Source: Marinicella sp. | GTDB taxonomy: Bacteria; Pseudomonadota; Gammaproteobacteria; Xanthomonadales; Marinicellaceae | DNA: 64,000 nucleotides | Assembly (NCBI GenBank): GCA_965230295.1 | Contig: OZ246001.1 | Span: 768,001-832,000 of the forward strand | Direction of reading: 5' to 3' | Shown: positions 63,206-64,000 of the stretch, in pieces | How positions within the stretch are numbered: the first letter of the stretch is position 1 | Layout of the letters: every line of letters starts with the position of its first letter | The notes under the pieces: generated by a model | Databases searched by the model: none | What the model saw: the letters and a program-made list of their open reading frames with translations, nothing else | Told to the model about the DNA's origin: nothing | Program-made: the position numbers and the translations under genes

Positions 63206-64000
63206 ATGAAATATCTTTTGATACTACTGCTGTCAATGTCTACTTATGTAAACAGCAAACCCATCCCACTTGAACATTTTGCCCAAAAAGCTAAGTTTAT
63301 TAACATGAAGATTGCACCAGATGGCAAACACCTGGCCTTTACTTATGAGGATGAAAGCCAAATAAAATTGGGCATCATGAACATGAAAACCATGCAGGGT
63401 ACCTTTTCATTCGACATGGGGCCAAACAGAGAAGCGGCTCAATTCTGGTGGGCAAACAATGAACGGGTAATCATCATCAGTCAGCGAATCACTGGCTGGC
63501 TTGATGGCAAAAACACATACCCAGAGATGTTTGCGGCAAATATTGACGGCAAAAAACGCCAGGTATTATGGAACTACCAAAGATCTGATGTACGCTTGGT
63601 TTCCCTCCTCCGCGATGACCCGGATCATGTCTTGGTATCCAAACATCATTTCACTGAAAACATGAGTGGCAAACTGCAAAAACTCAATGTTTATAACCGC
63701 AATATGGATTACCAACAAGACACCCCTAAATTGAAGGGAGGCAGAAACTCAAGAATCACATACATAGCGGTGGATAACAATGACGTTCCCAAGATTGCAT
63801 TTGAAAGGGACCCGATGAATCTGGATGATTTCTATGACGATGTGGCCTATATTCATATCAAAAACAGTCAAAATGTATGGGAGGTGTTGGACTTGCCCAA
63901 AAACCGTGACGACAGCGCTTTGATCCGCCCTTTGGGATTCAGCAAAGACAACCAAAAATTCTATTTCACCTCCAACCATGACCTGGATTACAAAGGCACC
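63206..64000 (+). CDS. S9 family peptidase, N-terminal beta-propeller part (runs off the window edge)
   Basis: Absent from the ORF track because it is truncated. RBS AAGGA, MKYLLILLLSMSTYVNSKPIPLEHFAQ...IAPDGKHLAF...FWWANNERVII...FAANIDG, typical of secreted S9 dipeptidyl/acylaminoacyl peptidases. The catalytic domain is not visible. Confidence 0.75.
   Translation, partial: MKYLLILLLSMSTYVNSKPIPLEHFAQKAKFINMKIAPDGKHLAFTYEDESQIKLGIMNMKTMQGTFSFDMGPNREAAQFWWANNERVIIISQRITGWLDGKNTYPEMFAANIDGKKRQVLWNYQRSDVRLVSLLRDDPDHVLVSKHHFTENMSGKLQKLNVYNRNMDYQQDTPKLKGGRNSRITYIAVDNNDVPKIAFERDPMNLDDFYDDVAYIHIKNSQNVWEVLDLPKNRDDSALIRPLGFSKDNQKFYFTSNHDLDYKGT

Overview
A 64-kb, mostly core-genome window from a moderately AT-rich Gammaproteobacterium. 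The accA-tilS-xseB-ispA synteny, 16S-tRNAAla-tRNAIle-23S-5S rrn order and a GFD-tailed secreted protein suggest a Marinicella/Lysobacterales-like marine lineage (inference). Contents: a TonB-dependent receptor heading a TtpB/TtpC-type TonB cluster; an AraC regulator with two paralogous secreted proteins; glutaminase; RapA; a lipid kinase; an adenine/adenosine deaminase; accA-tilS-xseB-ispA; an accessory beta-helix protein; a complete minus-strand rRNA operon with three tandem promoters; Lhr; cytochrome c5; a 7TM-DISM diguanylate cyclase; ilvE; a translationally coupled panG-panB-panC-coaC-coaB-coaX-panD operon; bamD/rluD/pgeF; an RND pair; oxyR; pepN; tatABC; an IPTL-CTERM protein; TetR/fadE; glnE; an orphan TRAP binding protein; pssA; a GAF-PP2C-RsbW fusion; and the start of an S9 peptidase. 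No IS, prophage or CRISPR array was seen. Best leads: (i) a structured leader with mutually exclusive helices abutting the RBS of the pantothenate/CoA operon (candidate cis-regulatory RNA); (ii) four exactly 11-bp-phased repeats upstream of a secreted protein with a conserved-looking DxxFxxGFD tail; (iii) a GlnE with a degenerate adenylyltransferase half, coupled to an orphan TRAP binding protein; (iv) a Pho-box-like site upstream of the TonB receptor. All calls were made by eye, without database searches.
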